Assembly (NCBI GenBank): GCA_965199955.1
Contig: CBDATQ010000002.1
Span: 672,001-736,000, forward strand
Origin: Spirochaetia bacterium
GTDB taxonomy: Bacteria > Spirochaetota > Spirochaetia > SZUA-6 > Bin103
DNA: 64,000 bases
Reading direction: 5' to 3'
Shown here: positions 20,257 through 29,129 of the stretch, one piece after another
How the letters are laid out: every line of letters begins with the position of its first letter
Numbering within the stretch: position 1 is the first letter of the stretch
Translations under genes and position numbers: made by a program
Notes under the pieces: generated by a model
The model's database searches: none
What the model was told of the DNA's origin: nothing
Seen by the model: the letters and a program-made list of their open reading frames with translations, nothing else

Positions 20257-20769
20257 TCAGATCGAGTGTCCGCCCATCGCCGCGCTGAGCTCGGAAATCC
20301 GCAGGATCAGCATGAGCGGCTCATAGTCCGAGAATCGCGTGAAGCCGTGGCGCCGATAGAACCTCGCCACCTGCTCGTCGAGCGCCTGAACGACGATGGC
20401 CCGTGCTCCGATCACGCCGGCCGCGGTCAGGGCTCTCCTGCCGGCATCGAACAGCAGGTCCGATCCCAGCCCTCTGCCCTGGTAGTCCACGTCCACCGCC
20501 AGTTGTCCGAGCAGGATCACCGGGATCGGTTCAGGCATGCTTCTGCCCACGCGTGAAGAGACTCGCCGCCGTTCCACCGAGCTGGCGGCCAGGCTGTAGA
20601 AGGCGATCACGTGGTCCTGCGCGCAGACGACGTACGTCCGTGCGCCACCCTTCGACTCGTTCAGCCGGGCCTTGCGTTGCAGCCAGGCATTGATGCCCGG
20701 CACCCCGCAGTCGAAGCGGGACACGTCGTGCCGCGCGGCAAGTGCTTCCGGAGCGGCTATTGCTCCCAC
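20257..20769 (-). CDS. GNAT acetyltransferase toxin (TacT/AtaT-like)
   Basis: HDVSRFDCG, PIPVILLGQLAVD, QGRGLGSDLL, FYRRHGF. Confidence 0.9.
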   Translation of the reverse strand: MGAIAAPEALAARHDVSRFDCGVPGINAWLQRKARLNESKGGARTYVVCAQDHVIAFYSLAASSVERRRVSSRVGRSMPEPIPVILLGQLAVDVDYQGRGLGSDLLFDAGRRALTAAGVIGARAIVVQALDEQVARFYRRHGFTRFSDYEPLMLILRISELSAAMGGHSI

Positions 20770-21014
20770 AGCGGTCGGCGCGTGACCAGGTTCCTCAGGC
20801 GATCGTTCGGCTCGACCGGGGCATCCAACGCCGCCACGAAGGCATCGTACGCCTCATCGTCGAGCGCGATGACCGGACGTTCGCTCAACGCTTCGATCGC
20901 CGCCGCTTCGCTCGACCGGAGCACGAACTCCGTGCGCGTCACGCCGCGAATGGCCGCGGCCCGGTCGATGAGAGCCAGGCGCTCGTCTTTCATCCTGAAG
21001 TTCACTTGGCCCAT
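20757..21014 (-). CDS. DUF1778 RHH antitoxin (TacA-like)
   Basis: VNFRM..LIDRAA..GVTRTEFVL..DAFVAALDAP..NDRL; overlaps the GNAT start. Confidence 0.88.
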   Translation of the reverse strand: MGQVNFRMKDERLALIDRAAAIRGVTRTEFVLRSSEAAAIEALSERPVIALDDEAYDAFVAALDAPVEPNDRLRNLVTRRPLWEQ

Positions 21015-21095
21015 TGTGGTCAACTCCTGGAAAGCGAGGATAAGATGATCCCACAGGGTGTGTACCGATTGTATAGACATGAGGTCAAGTGAGGA

Positions 21096-22073
21096 ATGGA
21101 CGTGAGCGCACTCACCGAGCGTCAAGTCGAGTTCTTCCGGCGCGAGGGCTACGTGATGGTGCCGGACGTCTTCGCGGCGGCCGACCTGGAGCCGTTGCGC
21201 GATGAGTTCACGGAGGTCATTCACCAGACCGCCGTCGAGCTGCAGGCCGCGGGCAAGCTGTCGCGGCTCTACGAGGAGGAGCCGTTCGAGCGGCGCCTGT
21301 CCCGCATCTACGCGGAGACCGACGAGATCCTGGGGCCGATCATCGGCCGGGGCGGCGGCGGGCACAGCGGGCCGGCGCTGTTCGCGGTCATCACGCATCC
21401 TCGCCTGCTGGAGGTGGTGGAGTCCCTCATCGGTCCGGAGATCGTCGCCTCCTCCGTCTACCGGGTTCGTCCGAAGATTCCCGGTATGGCGCGCGGAGTG
21501 GTGCCGTGGCACCAGGACTCCGGCTACTTCAACCCGCACTGCGACCGGGATCTGATCGTGACTTGCTGGATCCCGCTGGTGGACGCCACCGTCGAGAACG
21601 GCTGCCTGGAAGTGCTGCCGCGCGCCCACCGGCAGGGCGTGGTCCGGCACTACACGGAGGGTCCCAACGGCTACCTGGCGATCGATGACCCGGACCTTCC
21701 GGACACCGCTGCGCCGGTCGCGGTGCCGGTGCCGCTCGGCGGCGTCCTGCTGCTGACCAACATCACCCCGCACAGCTCGACTCCCAACCACACCGACGTG
21801 GTGCGCTGGAGCCTGGACCTGCGCTACCAGCACGTGGGCGTGCCCAACAACGTCGGCGAGGCGCCGCAGGACTTCACCTGGAACCGGCCCGACGCCGAAA
21901 TCGCCTGCTACCCGCCGGAGGCGGACTTCGTCGTGCAGAGCGCCCGTGCCCCCGAGTCGGTCGTGCGCTCCGCGGCGGAGTTCAACCGCATCCGCCAGCG
22001 CTACGAGCGAACGCGCCCACCCGGCCCGGAGCGGGGCTGGATCCCGTACGACCGGCGTCCGAGAGCCTCATGA
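21096..22073 (+). CDS. PhyH-family Fe(II)/2-oxoglutarate dioxygenase
   Basis: FFRREGY, PWHQDSGY, WIPLVDATVENGCL, TPHSS..N, RWSLDLRY. Confidence 0.92.
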   Translation: MDVSALTERQVEFFRREGYVMVPDVFAAADLEPLRDEFTEVIHQTAVELQAAGKLSRLYEEEPFERRLSRIYAETDEILGPIIGRGGGGHSGPALFAVITHPRLLEVVESLIGPEIVASSVYRVRPKIPGMARGVVPWHQDSGYFNPHCDRDLIVTCWIPLVDATVENGCLEVLPRAHRQGVVRHYTEGPNGYLAIDDPDLPDTAAPVAVPVPLGGVLLLTNITPHSSTPNHTDVVRWSLDLRYQHVGVPNNVGEAPQDFTWNRPDAEIACYPPEADFVVQSARAPESVVRSAAEFNRIRQRYERTRPPGPERGWIPYDRRPRAS

Positions 22074-23530
22074 TCGACAAGGTCGAGGTGCCGCCGCCGA
22101 GCGGCGTCTTCGCGCAACCGCGGTCACTGAAGAAGATCATCGGGTTGCTGGCCGTGTTCGGGCCGGCGGCGATCGTGGCGTCGGTGAGCATCGGCGCCGG
22201 CGAGACCATCGTCGTCGTGCGCGCGGGCGCCTGGGCGCGCTACGGGCTGTTGTGGCTGGTTCTCCTGAGCTGCGTGGTGAAGGGGATCTTCGTCACCTAC
22301 CTGCTCGGCCGCTACACGGCGGTCAGCGGCGAGCACATCGGCCACCGCCTGGTGCGGCTGCCCGGCCCGCGCGGCTGGCTGCTGCTCGCGATCGGGGCGC
22401 TGGAGATGATCGGCGCGCCGCTCGCCTGGGTGCCGATCGCCAAGCCCGTCGGGGACCTGTTCCACTTCTTCCTCCAAGACGTGCTGCCGGCGGCTGTCCT
22501 CGAGTTGACGTACGAGAATCTCATCACCTGCGGCTTCATCGCCCTAGCCCTGGCGTTCGGCCTGCGCCTGTCCTTCGAGAAACTGGAGAAGCAGCAACTG
22601 GTCATCTGCAGCATCCTGGTGCTTGGGACCATCGCCGGCACCCTGATGGTGCGTCCCGACTTCCGCGAGGCGCTCATCGGCAGCCTGAGCTTCGGACGGC
22701 TGCCCGAGTTTCCGGAGTGGGCGCCGCGCGATGCGGTGCAGAACCCGCTGCTGACCATGGCGACCGCGTTCGCCTACGTGGGCGGCACCGCGATGGGCTA
22801 CGTCGTGTACGCCAACTGGGTCGGCATCCACCGTTGGGGCATGACCGGGCACGAGGACATCGAGGCGATTCGCCGCCACGCGTTCACCCGCGACCGGATC
22901 GACTATCTGCCCGACGACCCGCAGCAGGTGGCGCGCATGCGCAGAATCGTCGCGCCGCTGCGGTGGGACGTCGGCATGGGCGCGGTCGTCCTGTTCATCG
23001 TGACGAGCGCGTTCATGATTTCCGGCGCCGCCGTGCTGTATCCGCTGCAGAGCCAGTTCGCCGGCTGGAGCCTGCTCACCGAGCAGCGCCACGTCTGGAG
23101 CGCCATTCACGGATCGCTGATCTGGGTCTACTACGTCTGCATCGTCGCCGCGCTGTGGGGGACGCTGCAGGCGTTTCCCGAGATCTACTCCCGCGTCCTG
23201 CAGGAGTTCTTCCAGGCGATCTGGCCCGGCCGGCCGTGGGACTACGCACGGATCCGGCGGTACGTCAGCGCGTACCTGCTGGTCACGACCTTCGTGATCG
23301 TCTGGCTCAACATCCCGTTCGACATCCTCACGCAGGTCGCGGGGTTCGTGCTGGCCAACCTGTCGATCGCCCTCATGATGCTCGGCGCGCTCTACCTGAA
23401 CTTCAAGCTGCCGGGCGCCTACCGGACGCGCCCGCCGATGCTGGCCGGCGCGATCATCTCGGCGGTGATCCTGGTCGTCTTCGCGGGCATCAGCGGCTGG
23501 GGACTGGCGGGGAAGCTGCTCGGAATCTGA
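22070..23530 (+). CDS. Nramp-like/APC-superfamily membrane transporter
   Basis: GPAAIVASVSIGAGE..GA...YGLLW, GRYT..SGE, many hydrophobic helices; ATGA overlap with PhyH. Confidence 0.75.
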   Translation: MIDKVEVPPPSGVFAQPRSLKKIIGLLAVFGPAAIVASVSIGAGETIVVVRAGAWARYGLLWLVLLSCVVKGIFVTYLLGRYTAVSGEHIGHRLVRLPGPRGWLLLAIGALEMIGAPLAWVPIAKPVGDLFHFFLQDVLPAAVLELTYENLITCGFIALALAFGLRLSFEKLEKQQLVICSILVLGTIAGTLMVRPDFREALIGSLSFGRLPEFPEWAPRDAVQNPLLTMATAFAYVGGTAMGYVVYANWVGIHRWGMTGHEDIEAIRRHAFTRDRIDYLPDDPQQVARMRRIVAPLRWDVGMGAVVLFIVTSAFMISGAAVLYPLQSQFAGWSLLTEQRHVWSAIHGSLIWVYYVCIVAALWGTLQAFPEIYSRVLQEFFQAIWPGRPWDYARIRRYVSAYLLVTTFVIVWLNIPFDILTQVAGFVLANLSIALMMLGALYLNFKLPGAYRTRPPMLAGAIISAVILVVFAGISGWGLAGKLLGI

Positions 23531-23555
23531 CGGAGCCGGTCAGCCGCGCGGGCAG

Positions 23556-24404
23556 CTACCGCTCGCGTGCGACGTGGCGGCGCAGCCTGTGCTCCAGCGC
23601 CCGCACCAGGATCGACAGGCCGATGGTCATCACCAGGTAGAGGAAGGCGACGGTGTTGTAGGTCTCGAAGAAGCGGAACGAGGAGGCCGAGTACACCTTG
23701 GCCTGCTGGGTGATGTCCCCCACACCCAGCACGGAGACCAGGGCCGAGTCCTTGATCATGGCCACGAAGTCGTTGCCCAGCGGCGGCAGCACCGTGCGCG
23801 CCGCCTGTGGCAGCACGACGTGCAGCATCGCCTGCCGCCGGGTCATGCCCAGCGACAGCGCCGCCTCCAACTGCCCGCGCGGCACCGCCTCGATGCCGGC
23901 GCGGAAGATCTCGGCCAGGAAGGCGCTGTAGCCGATGGTGAGGGCTATGATCGCCCGCCAGACGAAGTCGACGCGCCGGACGCTCAACGGCTCCATCCAG
24001 CCGGCGGCGATCAGCGGCTCGGCCAGCCGGTTGATCAGCACCACCGCCGCCGGCGCCGCCACAAAGGCGACGTAGTAGAGGATGACCAGCATCGGTACCC
24101 CGCGCACCACCTCGATGTAGACGCTCGCCGCCTCGCGCAGCACCCGACGGTGGGAGGCGCGCATCAGCCCGAACAGCAGGCCCACGGCCGCCGCCGCGAC
24201 GTAGGCGATCACCGACACGTACAGTGTGGTGACGATCCCGCGGCTCACCGCGCGGAAGATGATCCGGTAGTCCTCCTCCCGCACCACCGACCACACCGCC
24301 AGCACGCCCAGCAGCATGATCGCCAGCAGCCAGTAGGGCAGGCGGGAGAGGGACGCGACCGGCAGCAGGTGCCGCCGCGACGTGCCGGCGGCGACCCTGT
24401 TCAC
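23556..24404 (-). CDS. Polar amino acid ABC transporter permease
   Basis: [33 protein letters not shown]. Confidence 0.92.
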   Translation of the reverse strand: MNRVAAGTSRRHLLPVASLSRLPYWLLAIMLLGVLAVWSVVREEDYRIIFRAVSRGIVTTLYVSVIAYVAAAAVGLLFGLMRASHRRVLREAASVYIEVVRGVPMLVILYYVAFVAAPAAVVLINRLAEPLIAAGWMEPLSVRRVDFVWRAIIALTIGYSAFLAEIFRAGIEAVPRGQLEAALSLGMTRRQAMLHVVLPQAARTVLPPLGNDFVAMIKDSALVSVLGVGDITQQAKVYSASSFRFFETYNTVAFLYLVMTIGLSILVRALEHRLRRHVARER

Positions 24405-24432
24405 GGCAGCAGGTCGAGAGTCCGGCCGGCCT

Positions 24433-25215
24433 CTACGGGCTGTACTCGAAGAACCACTTGACGCTCAGCGCCTCCAGGAAGCCCTCCTCGGCAAGCTCCC
24501 GAATCGCCTCGTCGAACGGCTCGCGCAGGTCGGAGCCGGGCGTGAAGATGAAGCCGAAGTCCTCCGTGCCCAGCGCCTCGCCGACGGTCTTGAGGGCGTC
24601 GGGGTTGGCGCCGATGTAGCCGCGGCTGCTCGCCGCGTCCATGAGCACCAGGTCCACGTCGCCGATGATCAGCGCCTGCACCGCGGCGCCGAAGGTGTCG
24701 AACAGCTTGATGCGCGGGTTGTCCTCGTTCCCGTCCAGGATGTCGTAGACGGCCACGTAGAAGTTGGTGGTGCCGGGCTGCGAGCCGATCAGCAGATCCC
24801 CGTCGGCGGCGACCTCCTCCGGCGTGGTGAAGCGCTCCTCGTCCGCGCGCACCAGCATGAACTGCTGCGAGGTGAGGTAAGGGATGGAGAAATCCACCCG
24901 CTCGGCGCGCTCCTCGGTAATGGTGATGCCGTCCATGCCCACGTCGAACTGGCCGTTGCGCACCGCCTCGATCATCGCGTCCCAGGCGGTCACTTGCCAG
25001 TCGACGGCGCAATTGAGCCGCCGGCAGATCTCGTTGACAGCGTCGTACTCCCAGCCGACCGCTTCGCCGGTCCGGGGATCGACGAAGTTCAGGGGCACGT
25101 AGTCGTTGCCGGTCACGGCGACCACGGTGCGCCCGCCCAGATCCGGCAGGCCGAACGCTGCCTGTGCGGCCAGCAGCGCCAGCGCCGCCACAAGTCCTCG
25201 TATGGTGTGTTTCAT
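24433..25215 (-). CDS. Polar amino acid ABC substrate-binding protein (family 3)
   Basis: Signal peptide [43 protein letters not shown]. Confidence 0.9.
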   Translation of the reverse strand: MKHTIRGLVAALALLAAQAAFGLPDLGGRTVVAVTGNDYVPLNFVDPRTGEAVGWEYDAVNEICRRLNCAVDWQVTAWDAMIEAVRNGQFDVGMDGITITEERAERVDFSIPYLTSQQFMLVRADEERFTTPEEVAADGDLLIGSQPGTTNFYVAVYDILDGNEDNPRIKLFDTFGAAVQALIIGDVDLVLMDAASSRGYIGANPDALKTVGEALGTEDFGFIFTPGSDLREPFDEAIRELAEEGFLEALSVKWFFEYSP

Positions 25216-25324
25216 TGCGACGGTAGTGTTCCGGTTCCACGGAGGCGGGGCAAGCTGTCGTGGCGCACGGTGGCGTGCCCTCGTGCTTTGACGCCTCCTG
25301 GGAGCCGCGCTACGGTTCCCCGGC

Positions 25325-26719
25325 ATGAACGTCTCGATGAGAGCGCGTTCGCGCGCCAGACGCCGGGTGGCGGCGCTGATCCCGGCGGTCCTGGTGCTCC
25401 TGAGTTGCGGGGAGACGGCGCAGGGACAACCGGCAGACGGGACACCGGTCGTCCTGTACGGGCCGGCCGGCACCCCGATACCGTCCGCCCCCGCCGTGCC
25501 GGACGGAGCGGTCTCGGCGGAGGTCGCGGAAGGCCTGGAGGCGCTGTTCGACCGCTCGGTCCCCGGTGGGCCGATCGAGGCGATCGACCGGTTGGGCGCC
25601 GCCGGCGACCCCCGCGTGCTGTGGCTGCTGACCGACCTGTTCCCGTTCTCGAACCGGGACATGCTGACGGCGGTCCGAGCCGCCTTTGTGGCGCTCACCG
25701 AAACCGAGCTCGCGCCCGAGGACGACGGACGCCTGACGATGATCAACCGCCTGATCGCCTGGGAACTGCCGGCCTTTCCCGGCTATCGCGAATACAAGTG
25801 GCGGCTGTTCCGGTTCATCGAGCCTCTGTGGGAGCCGTTCTTCACCGACGAGGACTCGATCGTAGACTGGCGGCTGGTCGGTTGGGGCGGCGTGGCGATC
25901 GACGAGCGCCTGCACGCCACACCGGAGGCGCGCTGCCTGCGCGGCTGCATCCCCGCGATCGACGATCCGGCCGTCACCTCCGCCTCCGGCGGCGACTGGT
26001 ATCCGGACGAGCGGCTGGTGTTCGGCCTGGTCATCAACGGCGAGGCGCGCGCCTACCCGAAGAACATGATGGAAGTGCACGAGATGGTGAACGACACGCT
26101 CGGCGGCCGGCGCTTCGGCATGCCCTACTGCACGCTGTGCGGGTCCGCGCAGGCGTACTTCACCGACGACGTGGAAGGCTTCAGTCCCGTGCTGCGCACC
26201 TCCGGTCTGCTGTCCCGCTCGAACAAGTTCATGTACGACCGCAGCACGTGGTCGGCGGTCGACACCTTCACCGGCCATGCGCTGTCCGGCCCGCTGTACG
26301 ACGCCGGCGTGGTGTTGACGCCGGTGGCGGTGGTCACCTCCACCTGGGGCGACTGGAAGCGCCGGCACCCGGAGACGACGATCCTGGACCGGTTTCGCGC
26401 CTATCCGCTGGACCCGCTCCGGGGCCGTGACGACCATGGCCCGATCTTCGCGGTCGGCGACGTCGACCAGCGCCTGCCCATCCAGGAGCGTGTGCTCGGC
26501 GTGGCAGGCCCGGACGGTCCGATCGCCTTCCCTGTGGCGCCGGCGGTGATCGCGTTGAAGGAAGGCGTGGCGGTGGAGATGGGCGGCGTGCGACTGGAGC
26601 TGGACGGCAGCGGGCTGCGTGCCTTCATCGGCGAGCGGGACGCCGCCGCGCACGAGGCGTTCTGGTTCGCCTGGAGCCAGTTCAAGCCGGACACGCGGAT
26701 CTGGGAGCGTGACGGATAG
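25325..26719 (+). CDS. DUF3179 domain exported protein
   Basis: IPAIDDP, GEARAYP, HEMVND, YCTLCGS, SGLL..SN..MYDR.T, FWFAW; N-terminal LLSC lipobox-like sequence. Confidence 0.85.
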   Translation: MNVSMRARSRARRRVAALIPAVLVLLSCGETAQGQPADGTPVVLYGPAGTPIPSAPAVPDGAVSAEVAEGLEALFDRSVPGGPIEAIDRLGAAGDPRVLWLLTDLFPFSNRDMLTAVRAAFVALTETELAPEDDGRLTMINRLIAWELPAFPGYREYKWRLFRFIEPLWEPFFTDEDSIVDWRLVGWGGVAIDERLHATPEARCLRGCIPAIDDPAVTSASGGDWYPDERLVFGLVINGEARAYPKNMMEVHEMVNDTLGGRRFGMPYCTLCGSAQAYFTDDVEGFSPVLRTSGLLSRSNKFMYDRSTWSAVDTFTGHALSGPLYDAGVVLTPVAVVTSTWGDWKRRHPETTILDRFRAYPLDPLRGRDDHGPIFAVGDVDQRLPIQERVLGVAGPDGPIAFPVAPAVIALKEGVAVEMGGVRLELDGSGLRAFIGERDAAAHEAFWFAWSQFKPDTRIWERDG

Positions 26720-28184
26720 CCGCGGCATCTATGCCCGGCTCGGGGTTCGGACCTACATCGACCTGACGGCCACCGAGTCCATCCACGGCGGCGCGCCCAT
26801 GCTGCCGGAGGTGCGGCGGGCGATGGCAGAAGCGGCCGACGGCTCGGTGGTCATCGACGAGCTCATGACGCGGGCCGGCGAGCGGATCGCCGGGTTGCTG
26901 GGCGTTCCCTCGGCGCTGGTCACCAGCGGCGCGGCGGGCGCGCTCACCGCGGCCACCTGCGCGTGCGTGGCCGGCGGCGACCCCGAGCGGGCCGTGCAGC
27001 TTCCCGATCTCGACGGTATGCGCGACGAGGTGGTCATGCCGGTGCAGTCACGCACCGTGTTCGACCAGACCATCCGCGCGGTCGGCGTGCGGCTGGTCCC
27101 GGTGGACTCCGCCGCCCAGTTGCGCGCGGCGGTCGGCCCGCGCACCGCGCTCGTGGCGATGTGGGCCGGAGCGGCTGCCGCCCAGTCCGTGACGGTGGAG
27201 GATCTGGCCGCTGCCGGGCGGCAGCATGGGGCGCCGGTGGTGATCGACGCGGCGGCCGAGCTGCCGGCGGTGCCGAACCGCTGGCTGGCCGCCGGCGCCG
27301 ACCTGGTCTGCTACTCGGGCGGCAAGGTCCTGCAGGGACCGCAGGGCGCGGGACTCCTGCTGGGCCGCGAGGACCTCGTGCAGGCCGCGTGGATGCACTG
27401 CGCCCCGCACGGGACCTTCGGCCGCATGATGAAGGTCAGCAAGGAGGAGATCGCCGGCATGCTGGCGGCGGTCGAGCAACTGGTTGACGGCCGCGACCTG
27501 GACGCGGAATTCGGGCGCTGGCGCGGATGGTACCGGCGGATCGCGAACGCGCTCGACCCGGTCGGGGGCGTTCGCACGGAGGTGCGGCAGTCGGGAGGCC
27601 GCAGTCCGTATCCGATCCTGATAGTCTCCTGGGATCCCGAGCAGGTGCCGCTGGCCGCCGGACAGGTGGGAGCGGCCCTGCGCGCCGGCTCGCCGCCGAT
27701 CCTGTCGCATGCCGAGGGTGACGGCTGCGAGTTCATGGTCCGGCCGGTGTCGATGGTCGAAGGGGACGCGGAGGTGGCCGCCCGCCGGCTGGTGGAGATC
27801 CTCGGCGGCGCAACGGAGCCACGTCCGGTCGAGCCGCCGGCGGACGGCGTCGACGGCGAGTGGGAGGTGGACGTCCGCTTCATCTCGGGCTGCGCCCGGC
27901 ACCGGTTCAGCCTGACGGGCGCGACCGGCGGGAACCGTATCCGCGGCCGGCACCGCGGGACGCGGGCGGTCGGCGAACTGTCCGGACGGGTCGACGGCTA
28001 CGCGGTGATGCTCGACAGCGTGCTTGCCACCGAGGGCGCCCGGCTGACGTATCGCTTCGAGGGCACCTTCGACGCCGTCGCAGGGACCATGGCCGGCACG
28101 CTCAGGCTGGGCGAGCAGCTGGTGGACGGCTTCGGCGCAGGCAGGGCGACCTGGACGGCGCGCCGTGTGGCTTCAGGCGCGTGA
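26709..28184 (+). CDS. SelA/DgaE-like PLP-dependent enzyme with extra C-terminal beta domain
   Basis: IYARLGVR, VTSGAAGA, VIDAAAE, YSGGK (PLP Lys), GPQGAG, GRMMKVSKEE. Confidence 0.85.
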   Translation: MTDSRGIYARLGVRTYIDLTATESIHGGAPMLPEVRRAMAEAADGSVVIDELMTRAGERIAGLLGVPSALVTSGAAGALTAATCACVAGGDPERAVQLPDLDGMRDEVVMPVQSRTVFDQTIRAVGVRLVPVDSAAQLRAAVGPRTALVAMWAGAAAAQSVTVEDLAAAGRQHGAPVVIDAAAELPAVPNRWLAAGADLVCYSGGKVLQGPQGAGLLLGREDLVQAAWMHCAPHGTFGRMMKVSKEEIAGMLAAVEQLVDGRDLDAEFGRWRGWYRRIANALDPVGGVRTEVRQSGGRSPYPILIVSWDPEQVPLAAGQVGAALRAGSPPILSHAEGDGCEFMVRPVSMVEGDAEVAARRLVEILGGATEPRPVEPPADGVDGEWEVDVRFISGCARHRFSLTGATGGNRIRGRHRGTRAVGELSGRVDGYAVMLDSVLATEGARLTYRFEGTFDAVAGTMAGTLRLGEQLVDGFGAGRATWTARRVASGA

Positions 28185-29024
28185 CCAGCGGCTGGGGGCC
28201 ATCCCCGGCGCGTCCGCGGCCATGCCCTCCGGCTTGTTGCCCACCGCGAAGTCGAACTCGCGGGCGTTCGAGTCGCTGAAGTAGGGCCGCACCGACGCGG
28301 GGAGCGTGGCCAGCTCCTCCTCCGTGGCCATGGGCACCTCTGCGATCGGCCCCGCCCAAGCCGGCCGGTAGGCGATCGCGACCATGCGCCGCGCACGCGT
28401 GCCGGTATTGGGCAGCGTGCCGTGGAACGTGCGGTGGTTGAGGAACAGCGCGGAGCCGGCGCGGCACGGCACCACCACCTGCTCGGGATGAGTGGTGTAG
28501 CGCTTGTACGGGTGGGCATCGGCGTGCATGCACATGTGCGAACGCGGGATCACCCGGAACGGCGACACGTCCATGGTCAGGTCGTCCAGGTAGTAGAGGA
28601 CGCGCACCGTGATCGGGCAGCTCCCCTCGTAGCCGAAAATCGTGGAGCCGTACGGCTGGCCGTCGGTGTGCAGGCTGATCCCCGGAGTGCCGGGCTCGGA
28701 ACAGTCGTAGGTGACGTTGTGCAGGCACAGGATTCGGTCGCCGAACAGACGCTCCAGCAGGCCCAGCGTCGGCCGATGGGTCACCAGCTCGGCCAGGACG
28801 GGGCTGCGCAGGTGTACCCGGCTGCAGCCGCGCTGCCGTTCGCTGTAGTCCCGGCCTTCCGTGGGCAGCTTGTCGGTCTCGGCGCGCAGCGTCTCCAGGT
28901 GCTCCGGGGAGAGGATGTCGGGGACGATCAGGTAGCCCTCCAGCTCGATCTGCCGGATGCGCTCCCCCTCGCTCAAGGCGGACCAGTCGCGGTCGTCGAC
29001 GTTCAGGCCGTTCCACGTGCGCAT
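28173..29024 (-). CDS. PhyH-family Fe(II)/2-oxoglutarate dioxygenase
   Basis: EGYLIVPD, LHTDGQP, VIPRSH, TFHGT.PN. Confidence 0.88.
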   Translation of the reverse strand: MRTWNGLNVDDRDWSALSEGERIRQIELEGYLIVPDILSPEHLETLRAETDKLPTEGRDYSERQRGCSRVHLRSPVLAELVTHRPTLGLLERLFGDRILCLHNVTYDCSEPGTPGISLHTDGQPYGSTIFGYEGSCPITVRVLYYLDDLTMDVSPFRVIPRSHMCMHADAHPYKRYTTHPEQVVVPCRAGSALFLNHRTFHGTLPNTGTRARRMVAIAYRPAWAGPIAEVPMATEEELATLPASVRPYFSDSNAREFDFAVGNKPEGMAADAPGMAPSRWSRA

Positions 29025-29129
29025 GACGCCTCAACGTAGATCGTCGGACCCTGCCCCGGCAAGGCGGCCGCTGCCGGTACGGTCCGGCGGGATGGTGGAA
29101 TCGGGCGGCCGTTTGGGCTATCTTTCCGC

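Noticed and set aside
26709..28184. True selenocysteine synthase selA
   Set aside because: No selB/selC nearby, and the motifs (DAAAE, SGGK, KVSKEE) fit the SelA-like/DgaE branch.
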